DNA from: Hydrolagus affinis
Taxonomy: Eukaryota
DNA: 64,000 nucleotides
Assembly (NCBI GenBank): GCA_012026655.1
Contig: JAAILG010000144.1
Coordinates: 1-64,000 of the forward strand
Direction: 5' to 3'
Of this stretch, positions 28,043 to 40,857 are shown in pieces; the first letter of the stretch is position 1; each line of letters opens with the position of its first letter. Below the pieces are notes generated by a model. That model was not told the origin of the DNA and made no database searches. It saw nothing but the letters and a program-made list of their open reading frames with translations. Both the position numbers and the translations under genes were made by a program.

Positions 28043-28694
28043 CAAATACAACGATTAGTATTATTAGTATTATTATATAAACTGAACAGACAGATGTATA
28101 GCTAAATGACCTAGATGCTAAGAGCCATTCAGAATACAGATGAAAGCTAGCTATTTAATTTTGAATGAGTTCAGAATAAAAGGATAAAAATAGCAAACAT
28201 AGACCAGATTGGTTGCCTCGCACAGAATAGGATATATATATACACATCAAATACTTTTAAGGGTTAATACACTCTCATTAAGCCTTGTGATTAGTATTTC
28301 TTTACCCCCCACCCCCCAAAAAAAAAGTATAATAAACTCCAATATAGCACTTAACGCTGTGTCAATTGACACACGCCTGTTTTCAAAAAAGTTACATATT
28401 TGATTGGGGAAAAATCTGAGGATTACAAGGATAAATATAAACACAGATGATTGAACACCGCTGGACCATGTGAATGTCACCCAAGGAAGGCAAGCAGTGA
28501 AGATGTACAATGCAGAATGGATGACTAGCTCACTGCTCTGGAGATTTGCTTAAGGGACATTGGAATAGAACTATAGAAACGTCCTTACTGTAGTATATTA
28601 AACAGATTAAACCAAGACCCTGACATCGTCCATGGTGAAAGAGACAGGTTTGACAGGCTAAGTGATCTTGTGTCATTTCTTAGCTGTCTTTCTT

Positions 28695-28710
28695 GATAGA
28701 TAGATATATA

Positions 28711-28746
<36 letters not shown>
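28695..28746. repeat. (GATA)n/(TA)n microsatellite
   Basis: Directly visible. Confidence 0.95.
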
Positions 28747-31619
28747 CAAAATCAGCCACAACAAGCAGTAAGGGCAGTTTATACAGACTGCCTGCACTGC
28801 ACAGCAAGTGGAAGCTGGTTCACAATGTTCCTTACCAGATCTTAGAATGCTATTCAAGCAGGCAGCTGGAGGGAGAACTGCACAACTAAGATGGGACTCC
28901 AGTTGTGTCAGAGAGGACATTGCGTTTTTATGAATTGCTATCCTTGACGTTAAAAAAATGGAAAATGATTAGAAAGTTCAGTCATTCTACTTCTCACCCC
29001 CACCCCCACACCACCCCCTCCACACCCTCCCTCTCCCACACCCCACTCCTCCTAAAAGCACCAAATCAGGCAGAGATATGAGCTTATGAGAGATGTTAGC
29101 CTTCCAGTAGTTTGCCCTTATTGCTATTCTCCATGTACATCAATACACACACACACTTTCAGGGATCAACTATAACTTGCATTGTGTATTATGCAGTGAG
29201 CAGGAGGTGGGAACGACTTTTCTTAATTCTTTCCAAGGACACTCAGGTCCACTGTGGCACCTACTTCTGCTACCAGATGAGATCAGCGAACTTAAAACAA
29301 GTAAGGAATCAAATTTGGGACCTTCGTGGTTTGCGAGGCTCAGTTTCACTCCCGGTGATGTTCTTCCAGAAGTTCAGCAAATCCTGTTGTCCCATAATAA
29401 CCACATTATTCTGCTCATTCAGCAGGAAGACATTAAATCCAATTTTAGCACTTGCATTAAAATCACTCTACTTGGCAGTTGTTATAAACAGCAGGCAAAA
29501 TCCATTCAGAAATTAGACAGTTCTTGCTGTAAGCAGTATCTAGCCCTCTGCTGTCCCCATAGAGTAGTGGATATGTGGACTACACTCCCCGTCAAAGCAG
29601 TTATATTGGTCATAGCTTAAACTAGCTCAGTGTATCAGATATGTATATATTTAGATTGAAGACAGAGTAGATAGGGGGATATTATTTCCACTCGGTTGAT
29701 GAGTCAGTGATTGTTAATCATCAATTTAAGATAGTTAACAGCAAAAAGGGAGATGGAAAGGATTTGATTTTTATAGTTATATTGTGTTAAAAATGTCTAT
29801 CGTTCTATAGCTCAGTATGAAGGCTTCCTAATTTCAAGTTGTCCCAACAATGTTTCATTATAAAAATAACATTAGAAGTGTACTCTCCATCCAAAATTAA
29901 CTGCTCCGCTCAGGAAGAATTGACAAATACTTCCCATAAAGAAACAAAACCTGAAGAAAAAGTGTCTCTAAATATGGATGCATTGCACTGACAACAGTGG
30001 AACACATTTCACAGTGTGTGTCAATCATTTGGGATGCATCCATGTAGCACTAACTAAAGCTCACTCTGTTTCAGATGAATTGCTTTATCTCAGACAGACA
30101 GGCTGTCCCAAACTAAATATTTGTTGCGAACAATTCTGAAATTCTATTGTGAAAATAATAAATAAGTTGGAGCAGCGAGTCCTTTGACTTTATCCCACTC
30201 TTTTTGTTATTTTTAAAAAGCCTCCTTCAAATCAATAGGAATTTGTACTGTCAGTGAGCATATCAAGATGTGATAGGAATCAGAGGACAAAACGTTTGTC
30301 ATTTACTGTTACATCATTGCCCCACCACCAGTCTCTTAAATTAAAACTTTAACAAAGGTTTTAACACGTTTTATATTAAGATACATTGCCCCACATTTCT
30401 GAGTAGTTGGTGCTTTATTATCCATTCCAAATTCCAGAGACAGTGAACATTCGTACCATATGTCAAGCACAATAAATCAAAGGCCTTTAGCAGAAAAATT
30501 CAGTTCCTAGAAAAATAGCTTGCAAATCCGGGGTGTAAGGTGCCAAAAGCAAAAATTAGAAAAAACAAAAAATAGGAGTACTAATATAAAAGGACATATT
30601 TTCAAGGGAAGTTTACAAAGTTAACTTGCTGCTAAATCAAACCAATGCCCAGTAATTATTGCTCTATTCTACAATTGAAGTATGTTGAAGTTAAGTTATG
30701 TTCCTGTGAAGTCCTTTGGGACGTCCTCCGGATGTGAAAGGTGCTACACCAAATTTAACGATTAGGACTATTATTATTTATATGAAAAAACCCAAGGCTG
30801 ATTTTTTTTTAAAAAAGTGTTTAGGTTCAAATATATTCTTCTGAGTGTTACTCAGTTCCCCCCAAAATATTTATTTTCCCCAAAGGCATTTATAAATTGA
30901 CTTTCTCTATTGAACACTTTTTACCGTGTACAGTGCTAACCAACTAACAGACGTGAAGCATTCAGGTATTGTGTGTAGACCAACAGTTGTGCAACAACTT
31001 CAGTCCTGCAGGACACAAACAAGGTTTTCTTATTATAATATTAAATCATCGTATTCAATGGGCAGTTTCAGATTGGGAGTAAAAATGGTGTCTAAGTTTC
31101 ACTCAATATCAGCAAGCTGTGGTACAGTATTATGAATCCAGTGAAGTGTTTCAAAACATTCACTCAACATGAAAGACGCTATATCAAATTCAGGGATTAA
31201 CAATTTTTATTATAATGTATCCCTCCATCTGAATGATAGTGAGGTACATAATTATGTACTCCCACAGGTAAGTGTAATATGACTTGAAATACACATTTGG
31301 GACAAATTTATCCGGAACAAATGAAAGAAACCAAGTTTACAGCATGCTGCCGTTTCAACATCGTTTTTTTTTTACATTTCAAAGGTAAACAACAATGGTG
31401 TGTTCTTCCTAAACAAAAATAAAATGAATGACTTACAATAAAATACGTAAATTTTGCTCTACACTATTGTCATTGCGTTTTTCTTAAGAGCTCCTAGACG
31501 CCCGCCCAGTGTGGAGGGCACAATATAAATGCAAGTTGTTGTAGTTGTTTGGTTACTGATAATGACTTCTTACGTTGGGGATAGAGGGTGTGGTTTTGCC
31601 AATTGCTCTGTCTTCTCCT

Positions 31620-31925
31620 GCTGACATGTAATCTTGTGGCTAGTAGAAAGCCCTCAAGAAAGCCACCTCTCTGGTTGTGTGAACCAGACAGGGAGTGCCC
31701 CGGAAAGATATTCAACCAGGCAGGGCAATGCAGACAAACCCAATCTGGCCAACAGCTGAGATCCCCACATGTACACTTTCCAGCATCCGTCACTGGATAG
31801 CAATCCAGTTCAAGAGCGTTGACTTATGTTCTCCTCCCTAGCCCATGGGCACTGAGGTCAATTATAGCATCCCAGCTGCTGCTGGCCTTGCTGAGACTAG
31901 CACACACAAACACAGCCCAACACAG
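31620..31925 (-). mobile_element. Ancient SINE, AmnSINE2-like
   Basis: Reverse strand reads gctataattgacctcagtgcccatgggctagggagg...attgctatccagtgac..tgctggaaagtg...ggttgaata...cactccctgtctggttcacaca, resembling the recalled AmnSINE2 consensus. Confidence 0.65.
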
Positions 31926-32392
31926 ACTAATGTTGCACTGAATAGTACCTTGAACCCCCGAGACATCAAAAGAGTTGTCTAATTAGGTTTATTCTCAAAT
32001 TTCGAATACCAAATAATTACTCTTGACTTGTATTTGTAAGTGAAAACAGTTTTTTTTTAAATTGCATTGCAAGTTCAGTAATGCAATGGATCAACTTGTA
32101 ACTCAATGCAAGAGCTGCAGATTATCTAAAACCTGATAAGCAATCGGAAAATTACAGACACAAACCAATCATTAAGCAAACTCCACAAACATAAGGCAGT
32201 GGATTTCTTATTAAAGTGATGTATATTTAACGTTGTCCAGCAGCATGGACATCCCAGGGATAAAGGTACCATCCCATTCCCACACTTAGCTGATATGTGC
32301 TGTGTTTGCAAGTTTAGGAATGGAATTAATCATCTTCTCAACTTTAAATTTAGATTTCTACAAGAGCAACACTGTCAAGCCTAATCTATCCA

Positions 32393-32515
32393 TATTAATA
32401 ATATTAATAATAATCCTCGCATTTGATAGAGCACCTTATCATGTTGTTCAGACAGGTCAAAGCGCTTCCCAGAATATACTGTAAAGTGGATTGACTGTGC
32501 ATTTTGTGGGCAAAA
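32393..32515 (-). mobile_element. SINE 3' fragment
   Basis: aataataatcctcgcatttgatagagc...aaagcgcttcccagaatatactgtaaagtg. Confidence 0.85.
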
Positions 32516-34559
32516 TTCCTCTTAGCATTTAACTTATGTAAACTGATTTGAAAACACAGTCGCTCTTTGTGCGGTGAAGGAATAGATACACACAGCTCCT
32601 TTTGTTCATCTCAGTCAATATTTCTGTAGGAGATAACAAAATTAAAAACAAATGTTGACACACAATATGACTGACTGCTTTAGATGATGTGCTGATGTAC
32701 TGAAGCAGGCGAGATTATTTTTCTTCCCTTTTTGTGAAGACATATGAAAATGATACACACGTATATTCTAGCAGGCCTAGCCTATACAAATTTCACCATC
32801 CTGTTTGTGGTCTCCAAAGCTGCAGGAAATTCACTTCACAAAGAGTTTAATAGACTCCAGCTGGCATTAGCTGTGTTTGGACTGTGAACTTGTTAAAGTT
32901 TGCACTGAGGGAGGTAACCCTCCATGTTCAAAGAGCAACTGTGCATTTGCCTCATTTTATGTAACTGAAATGTTAAGAGCTTTAGGCCCAGAAGAAAATT
33001 GTCTGGTTATTTCTTCCATTAAAGCCACTACTGATTGATGTCAAAAGGGAAGATGAAGCCCTTAATTCTCGGACAACAGAATAATTTTAAAGTTACTGGA
33101 AATTAAATTTTATGTTGCCTACCTCTTTGTTTCATTCCCTTTCGAATGTCTCTTGATACCAGAAACTTCTCCTGCAATGTAATAAAGCCGTGACTCCACA
33201 CAAGGCAAACTCCTCAAAGAAAACAACAGCATATAAACGTATGATATCCACCCGCAGTTGGAAGGCAAACCCCACAGAGTTCAGGTACGGTCTTTTGAAA
33301 TCAGCAGGTTCTATCAAATTTCCTTCACACATTTATCGCCTTGGGATTTGATGAGAAAAGAAACTGGCTGTTTAGCATTTAGAACTATTTGACTTTATTT
33401 TCTCCCCAGCTTATTGTTCTCTGTGTGGGTGTAAATCACATAACTTGGTGAGAAGACTGAATTGCCGACTGAACTTCTGCCATGCTGTGTGCCTATATCC
33501 ATTGAAACAGTCAATTTCATTTTACACCTGATTTAAAAAGCTGGCAATGCTTAAAGGAAAACCTGAGAAAAATCAACTCTAATTACAGGTTCCAGAATGA
33601 GAAAGAGTGATAGATTTGTCATTTCTGTAGGCATTGGATTTGTTACTTGGATTCTCAGAAGACAGCTTATCATGCGAGGTACAGAGTAGCATAACAGGAT
33701 CCACTGTCTTACGTTAATTCTTACTTCTCCCACGTTGATTGCCTTAACAGTGGATCCTGGTCAATTATATAATACACACTGTCGATCTATGTTTATACCA
33801 AGTCAGTGAATTAATTATGGCAAAGAAGGGAATGCAGAAAAACGATTAGTTTGTGGGCCAGTATCAGTTCTATAATTCTAACTAAATAGCTTATCTGAAA
33901 TAATATCTTATTTCAACTGGAATGGCGGCTTCGTTCTGCTCAAAGCCACTCGAGCAACAACTAACAATCAACATAGTTTGTTTTTCATTCTGGGAGTTAG
34001 ACTTCTTGAACATATCTGAGACATCCTCCTACATCCTAACCAGCGACATAAACTCCACAGTGTATGGACAGTGAAACAATTTATGGACTTTTTTTAAATA
34101 TTAAATTTTATTAACTGTTCCTGTTCATTCACTGAATCTAGACCTTGGAACACGCCATACATATCTCACTGCAATCACAAACTGCTCCGCCAATGCCTAT
34201 GTTTATAATTGGCTTTATATATTGCGGGCTTTACCATCCCGACCTATGTTCTAAATGCTGCTGACAACACTGCACTGAGAACTCCCTCTGCATCTCATGC
34301 AGTTCTAAAAAAGGAAATATTGCCTTTTCCTCTCCATAATTAGATCTCTGTTTCAGTATCAAAATGTTCTTTGCTCTCTGAATCACCCTCATAGATAGTA
34401 GAGCACAGACAATGGTTAATTCACAATCCCTGTTTTCCTATTTCAGGATCTCCTCGGTGCAATGAACCCGGACGCCCAGGTTATGTGGAAAACACAGCAG
34501 CCAGCTCAAATGACTTGAGCACAGAATAAACAATAGTACACCATTCATATGGATGAAAC

Positions 34560-35307
34560 GTGTACAGAACATTCACCTCATTAAAGGTTGACATATTATT
34601 GGAATCCAATTGCAGCTCGGTCTTTCTGACCCAAGCAAGAGATTATTTCCATCAAGGACAAGGCAACAAACAAGCTTTCACCCAATGGCTTGCACACTCC
34701 ATGCTCTCTGGCACAGGTGAACCCTGCTTATAATAGAGGACTGTTACTGGGCAGTGTACATTTGTTTGAATAGTTATCATTTGGATTTGTGTCCCACACG
34801 TTTCCTTCACCTGGTCTCCACAAAAGAGCTTGAGTAAGAAGCCAGATCAAAGGCATAGCATTAGTAATAGTTTGGTCACAACACAGTATTTATTAAGCAA
34901 GGTATTCCCCTGGCTTCCACATTTTATGTTATGTGGAGGTGTCACTGTCAAAGATTCATCGCCAGATGGTTGGTGACATTTTTCTGAGAGGTTTAGTTCC
35001 TGGAACAGCCAGGAATAGACTTCATTGAAAACTTCTGTTATGTTGGCCACAGAGCGTAGCTCACTTTGCAGCCAATGGTTAGTTGCATTATTTTTGGCAA
35101 ATTGTGTTTCAGTGGAGGGTGGGTTTTGGGGGAATGGATGAATATATAATATTCATTCTGTAGCATTTCAAAGAGTGGATAAGGTCATTGCTTGTTGAAA
35201 ATAATCTCTTGCAGTCATTTGCTTGAATTAAGCAGCTTGGGTAAGCATAGACCGCAATTGGATTCCAATAATATGTCAACCTTTACTGAAGCAATAGTTC
35301 AGAACAC
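34560..35307. repeat. Long imperfect inverted repeat (fold-back element)
   Basis: 34582-34613 is the exact reverse complement of 35254-35285 (32 bp). Further paired blocks at 34635-34656/35191-35212 and about 34681-34714/35043-35079. Confidence 0.9.
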
Positions 35308-35989
35308 TGAGTAACCTATCTGGGACTCAAATGAATCAAGTTCGAAACAGGAAGAGGATTAGTGAACAAACCTACCGCATTATTTCTGAATGCCAGAGAT
35401 CCTTATTCCTTGGACGTTCATAGAATAGATGTACTCTGTGTAATTGTAACATATTTGAAATTGGAATCAAACTTTGGGACCATGTCTGCTGGATCTGAAA
35501 GGAATGGCCTCAAAGGCACAAGTGGTTTGTGGTCTTGTAGTATACTTTTTTAACTGGATAATTAATATGCCAGAGATTACAGGGTTTATTTGCAGTTAAA
35601 ACGTCAACTTAAAAAAAAAAACTGTGTCTTTTTAGGCTCCTTAGTTAAATTGTGTTAGTTGTAAGAGTATCGTCTTTATCTTTGCTGTAAACAATTTGTT
35701 TTGTTCACCACTGCATTAATAACCAAATAGGGTTTACAAGACGACAGTGATACCAGGAATCAGACTTAATCCTTTCAGTCACAAGAGCTACATCCCACTA
35801 TCAGTTTATATTCCTTGATGGAATAAATCTTACTGTTACAAAACTGATCTGTTGCGCCATTTATAATACTGTATTTGGAAATTCATTCACCAGCCATTTG
35901 AAATAACCAAACTAATTAAGGTTTTAAATATTCCGACTTTAAATTATATTTGAAATTTCAGATAATCCAAAGAATTCTTACATTTGATA

Positions 35990-36260
35990 TAATAATAAAT
36001 AATAATAATCCTTGATATAGTGCCTTATCAGCTTGTTGAGTCATCTCAAAGTGCCTCACAGAGTAAATATTGGGGGGATTTGGGGAGGCCAAATTTGTAG
36101 GGCTACGACGAGAGAGCAGGGGAGTGGGATTAATTTGGACAGTTCTTTCAAAGAGGCGGCACAGACAAGATGGGCCAAATGGCCTCCTTCTGTGCTGTGT
36201 AATTCTATGATTCTATGATATTGTAACGTGGATTGACTGTGCATTTTGTGAGGCAAATAA
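35990..36260 (-). mobile_element. SINE 3' fragment split by a CR1 insertion
   Basis: SINE tail at 35990-36072 resumes at 36218-36260. Confidence 0.8.
36073..36217 (+). mobile_element. CR1 3' end flanked by ATATTG target-site duplication
   Basis: gatgggccaaatggcctccttctgtgctgtg with an (ATTCTATG)2 tail. ATATTG at 36067-36072 and 36218-36223. Confidence 0.85.
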
Positions 36261-39081
36261 ATTGGAATAACTGATGTATGGATTGGAGTGTGCAAGTTTA
36301 ACAATTGAAATGGAAAGTTTCGGGTTTATCTGCGGGGATTATTAATTTTCCTAGAATCTTGATCTGCTTAATCCTTGTGTTTGATAGAACACTTTTCAAG
36401 TTCAGGAGGACGTCTCAAAGCACTTCATAGGATACAGTTTAAAGCGTACCAACTACGATGTGTACACAAACACAAAATATATCATTTTTAAACTAAATGT
36501 GATTGTTATGTTGATTTATCTGGGGGAAATGACTTTGAATTTGAAATTGTATCTTTGCTTCAGAAATCTAAACTAATCGAGATTTCATCAGTTCATCTGG
36601 GCTTGGTTATACCTGATTATATATAGTATACTGTATATGAAATGACTCAAATTGGTCTTTTTATATGCACTGGAAAACAAAGAATTTTTCCATTTGTCAA
36701 TGTTCCTGTGATATAATAGCAATCTTAAGTCTTTGGCATTAGCTTTGAGTCTGATGAATTTTGACCAGTTTAGGTCACAGCAGAATGAATCTCTGAACAC
36801 ACTGTTTGCTCATTTTTATACTGAATCCATATCTGCAACATACCTATTTTTAATGCAGATAGATGTGAATTTCATAACAAATGAGAATTTTCTTCATACT
36901 TTCGATTTTTAAAATCGGAATTTGGTGTTTCCAATTTTTAGGATGCATTTTAAGAGACCAATTTGTATGCGTTTTAATGCATTTCATATGTACCCTTCAC
37001 ACTTTCCAGACAGTGTTAGGGAGAGTGTTTTATTATGAGTTTTCAAGGAGTAACAAAAACTCATACTGGAGCAGTGTATTAAATATTTGAAATACTGCAC
37101 AAATTCTACCCTCTCTGCGTATGCATAACCATAACTCTCGCAAGAGGCAGTCAGCCTCTAACATCTATTGAAACCCATTACAATCTGTAAGGTGCCAGGC
37201 ATTCGCCTGTGATGAGCAATTATCAAGTGCAAGATGTTTTTTTGGACCATGCGATTTCAGAACCAGTGAAGTATTTTGTGATGGGAACTGTGAAAATACC
37301 ATAATTGAAACAATTATTGTGTGTAGAGTTATTTTACCTTTAACCATCGCGGAATTTGGGTAAAAGACGGAATTGTATTGGATTAATAGCAATTCTTTGT
37401 TTTTTTGTTGTTGTCGTTGATAATTCCGGTTTATTTTCCCTAGTTTTCTGGCAGTTCCTCCCCATCTGCCCCCACATGCACCAGGACATTTTCTCAGTAA
37501 AGTATCGCGAACTTTGAGAACAATTCTGCCCTCTCCACCACCCCTCGCCCACCTCTCCACCCACCTCTCCAACTGTGCCTTTCATTCCCTTTCTTCAACT
37601 TCTTGCTGGCTTCCCCCCATCATTTCTGTGAAGGGCTTTGAGACGTATAATGTGTTATGTGTGTGTGTGTATATATGTACAGTGCCACTCAGACAGGCCA
37701 GCAAGCCCAGAGTGCTTGAGTTACAAGCTGTTTGCCTGGTGTGTCACTTCACAATCTCGCCAACCTTAAAGCTACCCAGCCTAAATCACTCTGTCCCAAA
37801 GGAAGATATTGGCAACTTAATAAAGGGTGGTCTTGGGAATCATCACCCAGCTTTAACAATGAGACCCAGAGCTCCCGAAACTCAGGAATACCTGACAAGA
37901 AAAACAAATATGCAGCAAATGTGATTTAAAAATGTAACGTGAAATGCCCCTGAGCACAAGCTGTAAGCCGTTCATCACAGTGATTGCTTGATGCAGTGCC
38001 AGCAAACTAGCCACGCCAAATAGAAAGAAATATCAGTTGAACTATGTGTGCAACCATTCTATCATTCCTATTTCATGACTGCTCCATTAACTGTACAAGA
38101 ATCAGTATAAAAAGGCTCTATGTGAACAATTTCCTGTGTTAAACAAAATGTATGACAGACATAAAGTTGACGGTTAAATTACCTTTTCACTTCACCTCGA
38201 GTGCTTGAATGTTAATTTGATGACAGGGTGTTTACACTTGGTTTAGACAGGCAAGGAAGTGTTCAACTTTTTCTTCCATCCAGCCTGTTGCTATGTTTTT
38301 ATTTATTTAAAATGTGATTGAAGCGATTGACGCCCTTTTGATGGCGAATCGCATAGTGCATGTTTACGGTGTTAATTGTTTTTCGCCCAAAGCTCCCATT
38401 AAATGAGCTATAAATGGAGCCGCAAACCTAAATGTAAAGAGTCCTACCATTCCCGCATGTGAGATTTCTCATCGGCAAAGTTCCGATGGCACCTTGGTCG
38501 TGAAACACACTTGCTATTTTTCTCCACTTTGGTCCATGAATCGTTTATGATCGAAATAACGAAGACATTTTGAGCAAAATGGTTTGGATGTTGGTGAAGT
38601 GAGCAAATGTCGGCAATAACAACAGCAAAATTACATTTGTACAGTGCCTTTCACATCAGGGGGGACGTCACAAGAGAAATGCAGAGAAGAGCAGGAATAA
38701 CAAGGAGACTCTCTCTGGTAGGAAAGCAGGAAAATGCAACAACCGAGTTGGTAAGTTGGTAACAGTCAGCAACAGGAAGAATTTGAACCAATTTCAAAGG
38801 TTTCAGCAATGTCTCCAAGACTGTTTCAGATCTGTAGCCCGGTTATATATTGCATCACTGTGTCAACAAGGCATCATTTTCACGCCAAGTGAACACAAAA
38901 AGCGGCACGTCCCTTGGACGCATTAAGGGATCAGACAGGAGGGCGTTAGGCAGGAGCAATTATAACATGCGAACAGGTGGACTTAAGTACGGTATGGTGT
39001 TGCATCCAAATATTAAAAGTATTTCCAGTGGCATCATATGCAACTGGTCAACAACTAGTTCGACTAGTAATAAACCCCTAC

Positions 39082-39129
39082 CTTCTGGTTTAAGTGTTTG
39101 TAATTAATCCCAAAGCTATCCGATATTAT
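39082..39129 (-). CDS. Candidate 48-nt phase-0 internal exon (IISDSFGINYKHLNQK)
   Basis: Acceptor ccactgtttgcctctag, donor AAG|gtaggg, open in phase 0. Protein not recognised. Confidence 0.3.
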
Positions 39130-40695
39130 CTAGAGGCAAACAGTGGAAGCAATCCTGCCGTATTATGTGCAGGAACTCGACGGCAAGAGTCAGTTTCTCT
39201 ACGTCTTGACAGATACCAAGTAAATGTAATGACATCATTCGCAAGTATTCATCCCAGCTTTGAAGGGTTAATGTAACTTTACTACATGCGATCATTTTTC
39301 AGGAAAGCACTTTGCAAACACTTTATCTACCTCGGGGCGTAGAGGTAGATACCCAAGGTTTGTTTTAAAAAAACATCCTGAATCCGAGAAATATTTCATC
39401 CAATCTTTGCCAACCCTATCCCTAGTGTATGGTAAAGGCCTAGCTTTTTGAAGCTGACATTGATAAGCATGTTTTTCTTCTATTTAATAAAATCATTGCC
39501 ACTGATCAAAAGAGACTGTAGTCTATTAGCGCATTCAATGCTGGCCAGTATTGCAAGCAATAATCTCCTCCGATATACAAAACGTGCTTACGGTCTCTCA
39601 GAGATACTGCAAAGCTCTCTTTTACAGAAAAATGTTTCAATTCACTTGTGGGGAGACAGCTGCTGAGAGTTGATTTGGGGGGACATTGTGCTATATCAAA
39701 TGAAAGGATTATTATTATTAAAAAGGTTTCGAGTGACTAACAGAACACACCAGCAGTTGAGACAATATATCAAACAATCCTAATGATAGAGATCATTAGT
39801 GTGTAGGTTTTAGAAAAGATACAAGTTCAGTAATGGATGATGGGAGCTGTTATAGTTTTTTTTTTACAGAGCTGGTGTAAATTTACTTGCCCAAATTCCA
39901 ATTGCAGCTTGTTGGTATGAATGATCATTTATGAAGGCCTGATTCTAGAATTGCAATTTATAATAATAGAGCTCGGCCTCGCATTTTGAGTGAGTTCTGA
40001 TTGTGAGCACAGGGTGTCTATTTTCTGTGCTTCTCTAAGCCATATGGGTTAGTGCCATTATTTAAAATGATTGGATACTGTGGTTTCCAACACACTCTGT
40101 GCCAAACTCAAAACTTCCAGCTGTTTCACTGGAGAGCAATAACTTCCCACATCCAGGTATGTTTGGAGGCCCTCCCCCATCCAAACCAGTCACCATTTCA
40201 GTTATACTCGAATGGAAAAATATATTATTGATTTATATTCCTTGGCTTAAAGGTCACCGTTTTATTAAAACTCGCAATTCCTAGTAGAAGTGCCCCCAGA
40301 CTAATTTTCATGCACAAAAGGGTTTTCAAAGTAGACTATTCTAGGAAGTGAAGCCACTGGAAGTTCTACAGCGCTGTCTACCTTAGTTTGAAGTTTGGTA
40401 GGCAAGAGCTGGTTTGGACTTGGCTGTAATTCTCTCACTGAAATGCAACAATACGTCCGACAGAATGGGGGCAAATAAAAACAGTCAACTACATTCAGCA
40501 GTGAACACGTGAAGAAAAAAAATCCAATCATCAGCAGTGGATAAGTATTTAAATTCCTTCAAATTTGATTCAGCTACGTGATAATTCGAACCATGAGTCA
40601 GACAAAATCTTTCACGCTATAGAATTTAACACCTTTGTCACACCTAAAGCACATTTTGTACAGCTCCAAACACTGGCATCTTGGAGAAGATTTAC

Positions 40696-40857
40696 CACAT
40701 AACATGGTAATGATTGAGAGAGTCTTGGTAATAGTTCAGCACCTAGATTTCTTTCTGTCCAAACGCCTTGCAAACGTATTGAAACTACGGACCAAAGCGT
40801 TGAACGTGATCCGAGACAGGGAATGTGTTTCATTAGTGCATCCAACGAGAACACCTC
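40696..40857 (-). CDS. Candidate 162-nt phase-0 internal exon (EVFSLDALMK...LPCYV)
   Basis: Acceptor gctctatttcag, donor GTG|gtaaat, 54 open codons. Protein not recognised. Confidence 0.2.

Noticed and set aside
29112-29620. Overlapping plus-strand ORFs of 134 and 147 aa
   Set aside because: Non-ATG starts, no recognisable domain, and the end overlaps a probable degenerate CR1 scrap.
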